DNA from: Caecitellus pseudoparvulus
Lineage: Eukaryota; Protista; Bigyra: Bicosoecida
Direction of reading: 5' to 3'
Length of the DNA: 64,000 nt
Assembly: GCA_965644315.1 (NCBI GenBank)
Contig: CBFFRQ010000016.1
Span: forward strand, 62,001 to 126,000
Shown here: one piece after another, positions 23,076 to 34,514 of the stretch
Layout of the letters: every line of letters starts with the position of its first letter
Position numbering within the stretch: the stretch's first letter is position 1
Notes under the pieces: generated by a model
What the model was told of the DNA's origin: nothing
Databases searched by the model: none
Seen by the model: the letters and a program-made list of their open reading frames with translations, nothing else
Translations under genes and position numbers: made by a program

Positions 23076-23792
23076 TCAACGCCTTGGGGGAGGCCCCGGC
23101 CGTGCAGGAGCGGCCGGACCCTTGCCCTTGGGCGCCGTGCTCGGAGCCGTGTAGGCTGCCTGGCAGGCTGCGGCAGACTTGGCCAGGGCTGCGTCCGCCT
23201 CGCTGAGTCCTGCCAGCTGCCCCGCATCGTACCCAAGCCGGGTAGCTTCGTGCTGCTCCTGCACCCGAGCCAGACCTTGCCGCACTACAGCCTCCTTTTC
23301 AGCGATGCTGCGTTCAATGAGGCCTTTGGCAGCCCGGCACATCATGTCATGACTGAATTCTAACTCAGCTAGTTCGACTGTGCGCAAGACATCGCAAGGG
23401 GTGCGTGCGGAGTGCAGGCGGAAGGAAAAGCTGCACGTGCGATGCTGAGTCGCTGCGACCAAGTCTGCCAGCGCACCTTTCGCTGTCAAGCTCCACTTGT
23501 CGCCAGGAGCCACCTCCACAAACACGGCAATGTGCGCATAGTGTTCTGGGATGGGCTGTGTCTGTGTTGGCTTGGACCACCGCGTGATGAAGGGGAAGAG
23601 GTTGTTGGTGATCATGCCCTGCGGTGGGTCGCGCTCTCGCACGGCGACTTGGTAGTCCCCCACCGCCCACTCCGCCAGGCGCGCGTCCAAGAAAGCACGA
23701 GCTGTCGCACGACGTGCCTGTCTGAGTTCTGCCCCTGAGACAGGCCCAGCAGCAGCCTGGCTCCCAGTCTGCGGTGCCGCCTGCGCACTCAT
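23076..23792 (-). CDS. AKAP14/AKAP28-like (ciliary) protein
   Basis: FITRWSKPTQTQPIPEHYAHIAVFVEV resembles the AKAP28-domain motif (RWSxPTxxxPIP..A.V.F). Family call from memory. Confidence 0.5.
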   Translation of the reverse strand: MSAQAAPQTGSQAAAGPVSGAELRQARRATARAFLDARLAEWAVGDYQVAVRERDPPQGMITNNLFPFITRWSKPTQTQPIPEHYAHIAVFVEVAPGDKWSLTAKGALADLVAATQHRTCSFSFRLHSARTPCDVLRTVELAELEFSHDMMCRAAKGLIERSIAEKEAVVRQGLARVQEQHEATRLGYDAGQLAGLSEADAALAKSAAACQAAYTAPSTAPKGKGPAAPARPGPPPRR

Positions 23793-23945
23793 GGTGCAGG
23801 TACGGTGGGCAGCCGGTGCTGCCTGCACCCGGCCAAGCTAACACGTGGACGGCAACTGGGTACAATGCGGAGGTGCATCAGATTCACCAGAACGCTATGA
23901 TGAGTGTATTGGCCATGGGGCGCTGGTGCACGCGAGGGGAAGGGC

Positions 23946-25997
23946 TCACCCTTGAGAAGGTGTGTCATCGGACCACAGCCTCTGCAAGCGCCACGCCACG
24001 AGGTCCTTGATCCACGGCACTTCCCCTTGGTCGTGGATGACCCCCGCAGAGCCCAGCTCCAGCCCGGGGTGCACAAACACCAGGAGCCACCACATGACAA
24101 ACAGGTGCAGGGCCACCCCCAGCACCAGCACCAGCCAATTGTACGCGAGCACAGGCCAGCGCAGCACGGCGTGCACTGGGTTGGACAGCAGAATAGCTGT
24201 GAGGGGCGTGACCACCAGTGCATCCAGCACCCAACACACTGCGAAGACCAGGAGCGTAGACGCCACGGTGGCAGCCCAGAACCATGCCACCGTCGGCGGG
24301 CTCCCAGCCGGGATGCGGGGGGCGGTGTCCGGGTACGTCCCATCCACCTCCAGGCGGGCCACTGCCGCAAGGGGGCCGTGTGGTGCAGACGGCCAGCACT
24401 TGGCAACTGTCTCCCCCCACTCGGCGGCAATGTGTGGGTCTGGCGAGTAGTCCTCGGGCGAGGGCACGGCCCCCCAGACTGCCTGCACGGCGGAGGCGTT
24501 CATGCCGGCACCCGCCCCATCAGCCGCAAGGATGCCGGCAGGCCAGGTGCCATTGAGCCACATGTTCATGTTGGCGACGGAGCTGGCATGCGGGTGCAGG
24601 ACGGGGCGTGGGACGGGGAGGGGCATGGTGCTGTCCGGCATGAGCAGGGCGGGGTCACGGTACAGCAGCAGCTGCAGCATGGGGTGCAGCAGGTAGGCAA
24701 GGTAAGACAGCCGAGCCATGGGGCGCCACGCCTTGTGCGCCAATACCTGCGTGGCCATTGAGGGCGGTGTAGCTGCCTGGGGCGTCTTGTGGGAGCGCAG
24801 AAGGGGTGCGCCCAGCACCAAGACACCCACCAGCCAGCTCCACGCAAGCGCAGAGCCGATGGAGCCCACATGCACCAGCATGTGCCAGTCGATACTGGGT
24901 GCCAGGGCGGCATCTGGTGCAGTGAGGGCCAGGAAGGCGACGAAGGCGGCTGGTGCCAGGCATCGCAGGGCAGTCGGCAGGGTTGCTGCGCTGAGGAGCC
25001 AGTCCACCGCCTGGCGAGCTGTCTGGTTGTGGCCTGTCTGCCAGCTGTGCAGGATCCAGGCAAGGAGCACGCCGATGTACAACACGCCCATGCGGTTGAA
25101 GGGGTGCATGTACCACCACAGCCCCGTCATGCCCAAGAACACCCCACCCGCCGGCAGCATGCGCAAGTGCACGTGGGTCACTGCCCGAGCCAGACTACCC
25201 AGCGCCAGCACGACAGCGACGAAAGCCGGCAGGCGCCAGGACTTGTGCAGGGCCAGCACTCTGGCCACCAGCGGGAACAGCAGGTAGAAGAAGGTGTACT
25301 GCGTGGTCAGGTTCCAGGTGTGGATGAGCGTGCCGCCGTACGGCGCGATGGACTGCAGGTGCAGGAGGTGGGTCCACCACAGCTCACAGCCGTTAGTGGC
25401 ACAGGAGGCGTCCTCTGCCATGAACCTGGCAAAGCTGGCCCGTGAGTCGTTGCGGATGCTGCCGAGGTTGTATGCGCAGCCGGGGAAGAGGACGAGGCAG
25501 TGCAGGACCAAGGCCAGCGCGATGGGGGGCATGATGCGCACAAAACGGCGGTACCAGCTGCCTTCATGGCGACTGCAACAGCCTGCCTGCTCGTCAGACG
25601 CAGCTGAGGTCCTCTCCAGGGCTGACCCACGCGAATCGCCGTCCGCAGCGCGCTTACTGAGAGCGACGGAGGCTTTGGCAGCCTTGCGCATGAACTGCAG
25701 GCCCAGTAGGAAGCCTGTGAGCACGAGGAAGGCATCCACTACCAAATACCCGATGGAGAGCAGCCACTGTGACTGCGCAGTAGGGGGAGCAGGGGACGGG
25801 GCGCAGCAGTGAGGGTTGCTGCCGCAGTGCGGAAAGTGCCAGCAGCTCCAGGTCACCTTCGCAATGGCTTGAAACTCGTGCCGACACATCCAGTTGATCA
25901 TGAAACACAGCGAGTGAAAGGCAATGATCCACAAGTTAGCGATGGACCGCAGCCCATCCAGGGCGGTGGTGTGCAGGGTGCGTGGCAGGCCGTCCAT
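23946..25997 (-). CDS. Acyltransferase family 3 (OpgC/NRF-6-like) multi-pass membrane protein
   Basis: Motifs LDGLRSIANLWIIAFH, VDAFLVLTGFL, RRFVRIMP, HTWNL and LSYLAYLLHP. In-frame intron 25856-25773. Confidence 0.88.
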   Translation of the reverse strand: MDGLPRTLHTTALDGLRSIANLWIIAFHSLCFMINWMCRHEFQAIAKVTWSCWHFPHCGSNPHCCAPSPAPPTAQSQWLLSIGYLVVDAFLVLTGFLLGLQFMRKAAKASVALSKRAADGDSRGSALERTSAASDEQAGCCSRHEGSWYRRFVRIMPPIALALVLHCLVLFPGCAYNLGSIRNDSRASFARFMAEDASCATNGCELWWTHLLHLQSIAPYGGTLIHTWNLTTQYTFFYLLFPLVARVLALHKSWRLPAFVAVVLALGSLARAVTHVHLRMLPAGGVFLGMTGLWWYMHPFNRMGVLYIGVLLAWILHSWQTGHNQTARQAVDWLLSAATLPTALRCLAPAAFVAFLALTAPDAALAPSIDWHMLVHVGSIGSALAWSWLVGVLVLGAPLLRSHKTPQAATPPSMATQVLAHKAWRPMARLSYLAYLLHPMLQLLLYRDPALLMPDSTMPLPVPRPVLHPHASSVANMNMWLNGTWPAGILAADGAGAGMNASAVQAVWGAVPSPEDYSPDPHIAAEWGETVAKCWPSAPHGPLAAVARLEVDGTYPDTAPRIPAGSPPTVAWFWAATVASTLLVFAVCWVLDALVVTPLTAILLSNPVHAVLRWPVLAYNWLVLVLGVALHLFVMWWLLVFVHPGLELGSAGVIHDQGEVPWIKDLVAWRLQRLWSDDTPSQG

Positions 25998-26340
25998 GCC
26001 GCAGGGTTGGGGAAGGTGAAGCTCAACACGCCTTCGCTCAAACCGCAGCTGTGTGTAGACCAGGCCGAGTCGCCAGGGCGGGCACAGAGAGGTCGTAAGG
26101 GTGTGTAGCAAAATGATCTTCGATCGCCACATCCATGCCTGGGCCTGCAGGCGCAGGCTGTGTTTGAAGTATTCGCGGGTTCGCATCGCACGGGACAGGC
26201 TAGAGGTGTGTGGGCTGCCACATTGCCTGCGTCGCCATCATCCCAAGTACCCGGTCAAAGCGAGACACCCGAAGATAGTCAGGGGCGTGGCTTGGGTCAC
26301 CTTGCATGCATGAAGTATACTCACAGGCCCAGCAGGCACC

Positions 26341-27423
26341 ATGGCGTTGTCAAGACGGCTTGCCGCGGTCGCGAGGGCTGCGTGCGGAAATCGAGCCGCC
26401 ATTTCGTCCAGCGCTGGCACTGCAGCCCGCGTGCGGCCCATGGTGCACATGTCGGGGTCCAAGCGCAAGGGAAAGCGTGGTGTCATAGGGAAACCCTTCC
26501 CTGTGGAGCCTGCCCGTGTGACAGCTCCTCTCACAGTGCCAGAGGGCATTGCCCGTCCAGCCTACGCAGACACAGGCACGGCACCCAGCACGGCTCACGT
26601 GTTGGAAGTCCTGGATGAAGGCGGCATTGCCGACATCCGCGCGGCCGCGGGCCTGGCCAGGGATGTCCTGGCAGAAGCAGGCGGCATTCTGCAGCCCGGC
26701 ATGACGACCGACGACATCGACGCCTTCGTGCACAAGGCCATCGTGGCCGGTGGAGCGTACCCCGCCCCCTTGAACTACATGGGCTTCCCCAAGAGCGTCT
26801 GCACCAGCGTGAACGAGGTGGTGTGCCACGGCATCCCCGACCTGCGCCCGCTGGAGGCAGGGGACATTGTCTCCATCGACGTGTCCCTGTACGGGTGGGG
26901 CAAGTGCGGAGACACCTGCCGCACCTTTATCGTGCCGGACGGGGAGGGGGCGGAGCAGGGCGAGGAGGCGGTGGATGGAGACAGCGCACACCTGGTGCGG
27001 GCGGCAAAGGCCTGCCTGGACGCTGGCTCGGCGATGGCAGTGGAGGGCGCCAACGTGAATCTGGTGGGGGACGCGGTGTGGCAGGCCACACGGGAGTGGG
27101 GTGTCTCCAACGTCGACTCCATGTGCGGCCACGGCATCGGCAGCAACATGCACCAGGCGCCTCTGGTGCTGCACTGCCCCAACAACGTCTACACGCCCCT
27201 GCAGGCGGGCATGGTGATCACGGTGGAGCCCATGGTGGTGCAGGGCTCGGGGTCTGTGACCAAGTGGGCCGACGGCTGGACCATCACCACTGTGGACAGG
27301 GGGCTGGCAGCCCAGTTCGAGCACATGCTGCTCATCAACCCTGACGGTGCGCCGCCTGACGTGTTGACCGCTTGGGAGGGCGCCAGACATGCGACCTGCC
27401 CATGGCTGCCAGGACAGGGGTGA
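26341..27423 (+). CDS. METAP1D: Methionine aminopeptidase type I, mitochondrial (MetAP1D-like)
   Basis: Transit peptide MALSRRLAAVAR. Motifs YPAPLNYMGFPKSVCTSVNEVVCHGIPD, DIVSIDV, GDTCRT, GHGIG, TVEPM, DGWT and AAQFEH. Confidence 0.95.
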   Translation: MALSRRLAAVARAACGNRAAISSSAGTAARVRPMVHMSGSKRKGKRGVIGKPFPVEPARVTAPLTVPEGIARPAYADTGTAPSTAHVLEVLDEGGIADIRAAAGLARDVLAEAGGILQPGMTTDDIDAFVHKAIVAGGAYPAPLNYMGFPKSVCTSVNEVVCHGIPDLRPLEAGDIVSIDVSLYGWGKCGDTCRTFIVPDGEGAEQGEEAVDGDSAHLVRAAKACLDAGSAMAVEGANVNLVGDAVWQATREWGVSNVDSMCGHGIGSNMHQAPLVLHCPNNVYTPLQAGMVITVEPMVVQGSGSVTKWADGWTITTVDRGLAAQFEHMLLINPDGAPPDVLTAWEGARHATCPWLPGQG

Positions 27424-27958
27424 GGGCTGGTCCCCGCAAAGACCGCTGTGGGGTGCCAGGGGGCCATGCTTGTTGTGCTGGACAAGCAGTGTGGGCACCA
27501 TTGGCAATAGTGCGCTGGGTGTGCCGATGCGGGGAGTGCTTGCGTTGCAGAGCCTGGTGATGTCATGTGATGGGACGCCAGAGGGCTGGCTGCAGCGGGC
27601 GACCAGCACAGGTTTCATTTTCAGAGCCCCCACCTACTAATGATGAATGCATCTCCTGCACGTCTTCAAACGACGGCTGCTGCCCCTGCTCTGCTCGAAA
27701 CTGCCCCTGGCAGGCACGTGCCGACACGTCAGGAAGCTCCGTTGGCTGCCTCTTGGCTGCGCAACGCTGGCAGTTCAGAGGGAGCGCTGCGCCCCCTCAG
27801 CCCCGCTATCGTTGCCAAGCGACAGCTTTTGTTGCGCTGGTGGCCTGCTGACCGCGTCTTTTCCCGGCACAAGCTCCTGAGGCGTTGCAGCACTGCCGCC
27901 CCTGCAGCCGCACTGCGACGTAGCTGAAACCTCGCCCTCGTCTCCGCCCCCCTCCACG

Positions 27959-29470
27959 ATGAGCGGGCAGGGTCATGCAGGGACGCTGGCAAGCAGTGGC
28001 CGAATGGTGCTGCAGCACTGGTCAGATGCCAGTGCAGGCCGGCCGCCCTCTGCGGGGCATGGGCAGGGGTTTGCGAGGCAAGCCAGTGCCCAGCCCAGCC
28101 ACTTCCCAATCTCCGCAGGCGCACAAACCGCTACCTGGCAGCAGGGGGGCGCAGCTCCGGGACACTATAGCTCCACTTCGCCTCGCATGGCGCCTGGTGC
28201 ATCCTTTGGCGTCCCTGCAGGGCCCATGGGCGAATACCACCCACCAGGCGGGGGAGGCATGCTGCCCTTGCCGCTGCCGGCCTCGCCGAGACACGGCGGG
28301 GACGACGCCGCAGCACAGCCTTGGCGCCCTCACTCATCTTTGAAGTATGGAGACGAGAGTGGCGCCACCTGGCGCCCAGCCACCCCTAGCCACGTCCCTG
28401 CCACGTCGCAAGGTGCAGGTGCGGTGTACGCCACAGGCGGCGGCAGTGGTGACTTCGGCGCCACATCAAGCAGTGGTGGCAGCAGCTCCGCATACCCTGC
28501 CTACTCCAGTGCGCGGGGACCAGCTGTATCGGAGCGCTTCCTTAAGTTGGTGGACACAGTGTGCAACGACCTGCACCGTCTGGGCGTGCACGACGTCACC
28601 ATTCCCATGTTTGAGCAGCACTTCGCACGCATGCGCAATGGGAAGAAGGTGGCCTACCGCAAACTGGGCTACTCCTCCATGCAGCACTTGTTCTCGTCGC
28701 AGCCCAGCCGCTTCCTGGTGCGCCTGCTGCCCGACGGCAATGTCGGCATCCAAACCACTTCCTACGCCGCCTACCAGGCCAAGGTCAGGGGGGGCACATC
28801 GCAAGCTGCCAGTGGGCACCCACACCAGCCCATGCACCCCAGCGCTGCCCCACAGCACTACGGTGGGCACTACCAAGCCCCCGCCGCGCCTGGGGGCGGT
28901 GGCGGTGCCGGCGGAGGAGGGGGTTACACCCCTCGAGCAGGGGGCGCGCCACCTGCCCAGCACGGCACTGGCCTGCAGCAGCCCTTCGCGGGGGCCCGCA
29001 GCGCCCGTGGAGCAGAGATGCCTTTCCCTCGCTCGCCGACAGAGAGCCAGGCACCAGTGCCTGTGACGGTGGGGTTCGCACCCCCCCCTCCAGAGAGCGT
29101 CACGGCCTCCACGGCACACTCCACTGCCTCCTCCTCCGCAGCATCTCAGTTCCAGTCCCCTGGCAGTCACAGCGGGGCTCAGGGCGGTGGTGGCGGCGGC
29201 AGTGTCTCCTCCCAGCTGTCCGCCGCCACTGGCCTGGAGGGCTCCTCTTCCTACGCCGGGTACAACGCCTGGCCCACCCCCAAAGGTGCCAGCAAGTCCA
29301 CGACAGCGGGGGCAGGTGCCTCCAGCACCTGGACGACGGGGGTGGCGTCCGCCCCCGCCACCATTTGGGGCGCTGCCGAGCGGGGGGGTGATCGCCCCCC
29401 CAGCGCATCCGGCGCGCCTGAGGAGATGGTGGATGCTCTCGTGGAGGAGGAGGAGGGGACGCACAAGTGA
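27959..29470 (+). CDS. LOTUS/OST-HTH domain protein embedded in G/S/Q/P/Y-rich disordered regions
   Basis: 503-aa intronless ORF. Its only globular segment (about 28529-28760), FLKLVDTVCNDL...IPMFEQHFARMRNGKKVAYRKLGYSSMQHLFSSQPSRFLV, fits the LOTUS consensus (YRxLGYxSxxxLxxxxP..F.V). Confidence 0.7.
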   Translation: MSGQGHAGTLASSGRMVLQHWSDASAGRPPSAGHGQGFARQASAQPSHFPISAGAQTATWQQGGAAPGHYSSTSPRMAPGASFGVPAGPMGEYHPPGGGGMLPLPLPASPRHGGDDAAAQPWRPHSSLKYGDESGATWRPATPSHVPATSQGAGAVYATGGGSGDFGATSSSGGSSSAYPAYSSARGPAVSERFLKLVDTVCNDLHRLGVHDVTIPMFEQHFARMRNGKKVAYRKLGYSSMQHLFSSQPSRFLVRLLPDGNVGIQTTSYAAYQAKVRGGTSQAASGHPHQPMHPSAAPQHYGGHYQAPAAPGGGGGAGGGGGYTPRAGGAPPAQHGTGLQQPFAGARSARGAEMPFPRSPTESQAPVPVTVGFAPPPPESVTASTAHSTASSSAASQFQSPGSHSGAQGGGGGGSVSSQLSAATGLEGSSSYAGYNAWPTPKGASKSTTAGAGASSTWTTGVASAPATIWGAAERGGDRPPSASGAPEEMVDALVEEEEGTHK

Positions 29471-29502
29471 CCCGTATGCTATACACATGAATCCTAAATA
29501 CA

Positions 29503-31033
29503 TTATCGCTTCACGTCCACCCCTGCGGCAGAGATGGCGCACTGCATGCCTGAGGACACCAGCCCCACGCCGTACCAGTGCGCCGAGTCGCCACACGTGA
29601 AGGGGGAGGGCGGCGCCACCACCTCTGACTGCATCACGGAAGCCAGCGTCTTGCCCCCAAGGCTCACCGCACACAGGGGGCGGGAGGGACTGTCCACATG
29701 CCACACCAGCAGGTGTCCCGTGCTCGTGGGGGCCAGCACGTACCGGCTGTGGCCTGCCCCGCCTACCATGGCCGCTACCCGAGCTGGCGTGTCCAACGGC
29801 AGCCCGCCAGTGCCAAAGAGGGTCCACTGGGGGGGGGCTCTGGTGTTGCGCACCGTCACCCGTGCCAGTGTGGCGGTGGTGCCTCGGCGCGTGCCGCAGG
29901 ACAGCACCACGATGCAGTCCGCTGACACGTTGGTGACACCCGGACCCCGCCAGGGCACACTGCGCAATGCAAGCACTATCGGGCGAGCCAAGTGGGGAAA
30001 GGGGATGTGAAGCCGTGTGCGGCGCCTGTTGGGCGGGCGGCCAGGCGGCGTGGCTGGTGAAAACAGCCACAGAGCATCCTGATGAACAGCCAAGGCAGCC
30101 GCGGGCATGGAGTCCGACCACACCCTGGCGAGCACTTTCAATGACGCAGGCAAGGTGTACGTTGCACGGCCGGGCACATCCGGGAGCAAGAGGGGGGCCT
30201 GCCCGGACCCCTGGCGGCTCACGAGCTCCGTGCGCAGATCGCCCACCGTCGCGGAACGGGGTGTAACAAAGCTGAAGGACTGGTAGTACCGCCTTGCCCG
30301 CCCTCTGTTGGGGCAGTGGAACAGGTCGGGGCCATTCTGATCCTCGAATCTAAGCAGGCTCTTCAAGACTATAAGAAAAAAGCCAGGAACGTTCGCTCCT
30401 GGCAGTCTCAACGACAGCCAGCGCACAAACTCCGGCCCCACAACTTTCGTGCGGCCGATCCACTGGCGATCGACAGACTGCAGTGGCTGTGATAGGGCCT
30501 GCGCGGCTCGCCGCACGGCTTGCAGCACGAGCATATTGGTCGCACGTTGCCACCAGTTGAGTCCCGTTGCAGGCTTGGAGGCAGTGCACGAACGGCAGCG
30601 ACGGGACAGGTGCCGAGGCAGCACGCCTGTCCGACGGGACTGCAAAGCCATGAGCAGGTGGGGGAAGGCTTGTCCACTGGGCGAAGTGGAGGGGCCGAGA
30701 GCAGTGGCCACTGGTGTGGACGGCTCGTCGACTTCGCTGGGGGACCGAGCGACGTAGTCTGCCGGCATGTGCCGTCCCCTCACGGGGTCGAACACATAGC
30801 CAGGTAACGTGGACACTCGTCGCTGTGTATGAGTCGGACCGCCTGCCTCGGAGCCGGCGTCTCGAGCGCTGTGGCCTGCAAGGGGCCAGCGTTTCGAGCA
30901 CGTTTCATGCCGCACTTTGAAGCGTATCCTCGCAGCAATGCAAGCCCAACACACGTGAACGTTGCGCCTCCAACGCAGCTTGGATGTCTGGGTTCATGCC
31001 CGCATGTCGACTTCGCTTTCTCCTCCTTGGCAT
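29503..31033 (-). CDS. DCAF4/WDR21-like divergent WD40 protein
   Basis: Exon 1 (MPRRRKRSRH...) is spliced to the ORF with LPGYVFDPVRGRHMP, resembling the DCAF4 N-terminal LPGFYFDPEKKRYF motif. The C-terminus is beta-strand-rich and WD-like (TGHLLVWHV). Confidence 0.55.
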
Positions 31034-31460
31034 GCCGGCGCTGGGCGGAATAGGAGTGGAGAACAATCACGCTCAATCGCATCCAGCTCGCGCACAGCCC
31101 GCTCGTCTGGGCTGGCGGTGTCTCGGGAAGTTCAGAGGCTTGAAATGGCCATCTTCCTTCCATTGCACCCCTCGACTGGACCTTCTGCTGCCTCTGGATT
31201 GTGCCTTTGCGACTGGGTTGTCATGTTGGTGAACCAGGCAATCTTGCGAAGGGACTGCGGACCCCAAAAACCATACTGGCCACACTGCAGGGAGACACGC
31301 CCCTGTCGTTGTGACAGACCTGCAAGTTTTCCATCTGGGTTCCCGTGTGCCGCGCCTGCACAGGCTTCGAGATCGCCAGGCCGGCAGCGGAAATTGACGC
31401 TTGCGGCCACGCCACGCCAGACCTCCATTTCGGGCTGGGCAGCGACCTGAGGATCAAACC

Positions 31461-34400
31461 ATGGCATCCAGCGAGCGGGACGGTGTGCCATCTGGCTCTT
31501 CTGAGCGGGACGGCATGGCAGGGCGCTCATCCATGCGCGACACAGCAGGCCGAGTGGGCTCAGCGTCCATCGGCTCAGCTCGTGACGCTTCCGAACGTGG
31601 CACCCCCATCGTGGGCCGCAGAGCGTGCGTACTTGCACAGGGTGTGGCTAAGCTTGTATGCTCTCTTGCATGTTCCTTCGCCCGCTCGCACACCCTTGCG
31701 CAGAGGCGGCAGCAGCAGCTTTCGGGGAGACATTGGCAGCTCCAGTGCCGCACTCCGAGCACAGGCTGGCAGTCCCCGCGTCCCAGCGTGAGTGACGTGC
31801 AGCCACAGGCAAAAGGGGCTCTTTTCTGTCATAGTTCTTGTCAGAAACTGTGTCCTGGGTGGAAACGCGGCTGCACAAGGCGCTGCATGGCGCCTTGTGT
31901 GTCGGTGGCGTGTTCACTCAAACACCATGCCCGCGCGCTGACACACGCGACACACAGCAAGCTTCGCACCGCCCCCACCCGCCCGGCCCGCACGCCCCCC
32001 ATCACAGCAACATGTCACCCATGGGCATGTCCACTCCCGGCTCCTTGAGGTCGCTCAGCAGTGCTCGCCCTCGCGGCTCAGTGCGCACCGCCGGCACGCC
32101 TGGCTCAGTGGCCGCATCCAGCGCCCTGCGCGGGCTGTCCACCGGCATGACCTCGGAGACGAACCAGGAGACGGTGATTTGGGGCACCACCCTGAATGTG
32201 ACCCACGCCATGAGCACCTTCCGTGGCTTCTTGCGCTTCTTCAAGGCGCCATCTGGCGGCGCTGGCGACAACGGAGCAGCTGCCGCTGCCCGTGAAGCGG
32301 CGCTGCAGGCGCGTGTGCAGGCCATGCGAGCAGAGGGCGGTGGGGGCGCCACAGAGTCCCAACTGGAGGAGGCGGTGGCGGGGCGCCCTGTCGCTGACGG
32401 GCACTACATGTCTGTGCTGCGGGAGATGCGGCTGACAGAGGCGTACCACTTGAACGTGAATTGTGCTGACCTGGCGCACTTCAACGAGGACTGCGCGGCC
32501 CTGTACGAGCAGCTGGTGAAGTACCCCACTGACGTCATCGTCATCATGGACCTGGTGGCCAACGAGCAGCTGAACTTGCTGCTGGGGCCGGACGGCGGCG
32601 ACACCCCTGCAGTGGAGGTGCGCCTGCACAACCTGCGGGAGGTGAAGCTCATGCGTGACCTGGACCCCGTGGACATCGACACCCTGGTGGCCATCACGGG
32701 CATGGTCATCCGCACCAGCGCCGTCATCCCCGACCTGCGCTCGGGGTACTTCCTCTGCAGCAACTGCGAGTGGGAGGAGACGGTGCAGGTGGACAAGGGG
32801 CGCATCGAGGAGCCCACCGTCTGCCGCAACTGCCAGGCCAAGAACTCCTTCCGCATGGTGCACAACCGGTGCGTGTTCAAGGACAAGCAGCTCATCAAGC
32901 TGCAGGAGACACCGGAGAGCATCCCCGAGGGCGAGACCCCCCACACGGTGGTGCTGTATGCCCACGAGCACCTCGTGGACACGGTGGTGCCGGGCGACAG
33001 GGTGCAGGTGACAGGCGTGTTTCGGGCCCTGGGGCACCGCACCAACCCCCGCATGCGCACCCTGCGGTCTGTGTACAAGAGCTACGTGGACGTCGTGCAC
33101 TTCGCCAAATCCTCCAAGGGGCGAGTCGCAGCGGAGGACGAGACGGTGCAGAGTGGCGAGTACGCCGCCCTGGTGTCTGAGGGTGCCATCACAGAGGAGG
33201 AGTATGCGGCACGGGAGGCGCGTGTGCGGGCCATGGCCGCGACGCCGGAGCTGTACAACAAGCTGGCGCGCAGCCTGGCGCCGTCCATCTGGGAGCTGGA
33301 TGATGTGAAGAAGGGGGTGCTGCTGCAGCTGTTCGGGGGGTCCACAAAGGACCTGGGCCGCCAGGGCCGCTTCCGAGGCGAGTTGAATGTCCTGCTGTGC
33401 GGTGACCCAGGCGTGTCCAAGTCCCAACTGCTGTCGTACGTGCACAAGATCGCGCCGCGAGGCATTTACACGTCAGGCAAGGGCTCCTCCGCTGTGGGGC
33501 TGACTGCGTACGTGACAAAGGACCCTGAAACCAAGGCGCCCGTGCTGGAGTCTGGCGCGCTGGTGCTGTCTGACCGGGGCGTCTGCTGCATCGACGAGTT
33601 CGACAAGATGTCCGACTCCACCCGCTCCATCCTGCACGAGGTCATGGAGCAGCAGACCGTGTCCATCGCCAAGGCGGGCATCATCTGCACCCTGAACGCG
33701 CGCACGTCCATCCTGGCAGCCGCCAACCCCGTGGAGTCCCGGTACAACCCCAAGCTGAGCGTGGTGGAGAACATCCAACTGCCGCCCACCCTGCTGTCCC
33801 GCTTCGACCTCATCTACCTCATGCTAGACAAGGTGGACAAGGCAGCAGACGCGACGCTGGCGGCGCACTTGGTGGCGCTGTACTACAAGCCCGAGCACCG
33901 TGCGGCGCAGAGCTCCCCCTTCACCCTGCAGCAGATGACGGAGTTCGTGTCGTGGGCTCGGTCCCACGTGAACCCCACCATCTCCGGCCCAGCCAGCCGG
34001 CGCCTGGTGGAGGGGTACCTGGCCATGCGGCGCCTGGGGGCGCAGGGCGGCGGGAAGAAGGTCATCACTGCCACGCCCCGGCAGCTGGAGAGCCTCATCC
34101 GCCTGTCCGAGGCGCACGCCAAGCTGCATCTGCGGTCGGAGGTGCTGGCTGAGGACGTGGAGGAGGCACTGCGCCTCATCAACACAGCGACGCAGAAGGC
34201 GGCGACGGACCCCGTGACGGGGCAAATCGACATGGACGCCATTGCGACGGGGCACACGGCCAGTGCACGGGTGGCCGTGAGCCAGCTGAAGGAAGCCGTC
34301 ATGGACTCCGTGCTGGGGCTGGGGTCAGGCGCCAAGCTCTCCTTCAACGAGCTGGTCAAGCGGCTGGCACAGGGCACAGACATGGCCATTGACGAGGGCG

Positions 34401-34480
34401 ACTTGAAGGCTGCCGTGGGCGAGCTGGCAAAGGAAGGCACCATTCGGTACAACAGCCGGACACGCGTGCTGACGGTGTGA
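31461..34480 (+). CDS. MCM4: DNA replication licensing factor MCM4
   Basis: Two N-terminal introns. Motifs VIWGT, C4 zinc finger, KLQETPESIPEGETPHT, LAPSIWELDDVKKG, GDPGVSKSQLL, IDEFDKMSDSTRSILHEVMEQQT, SRFD and ITATPRQLESLIRL. Confidence 0.97.
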
Positions 34481-34506
34481 GGGGGGGAGGGCGTGCACAG
34501 CACCCC

Positions 34507-34514
34507 AATGCATT
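34507..34514. terminator. Palindromic AATGCATT in a convergent intergenic gap; candidate bidirectional 3'-end signal (representative copy)
   Basis: Related copies occur at 1768, 23070, 42327, 48096 and 53364 in other convergent gaps. Confidence 0.3.

Noticed and set aside
27640-27700. ATGATGA (C-box-like) or SECIS-like sequence after MetAP
   Set aside because: There is no nearby D box with a terminal stem, and the upstream gene has no in-frame Sec UGA context.
31454-31762. Minus-strand 102-aa ORF
   Set aside because: It is the antisense of MCM4 exons 1-2.
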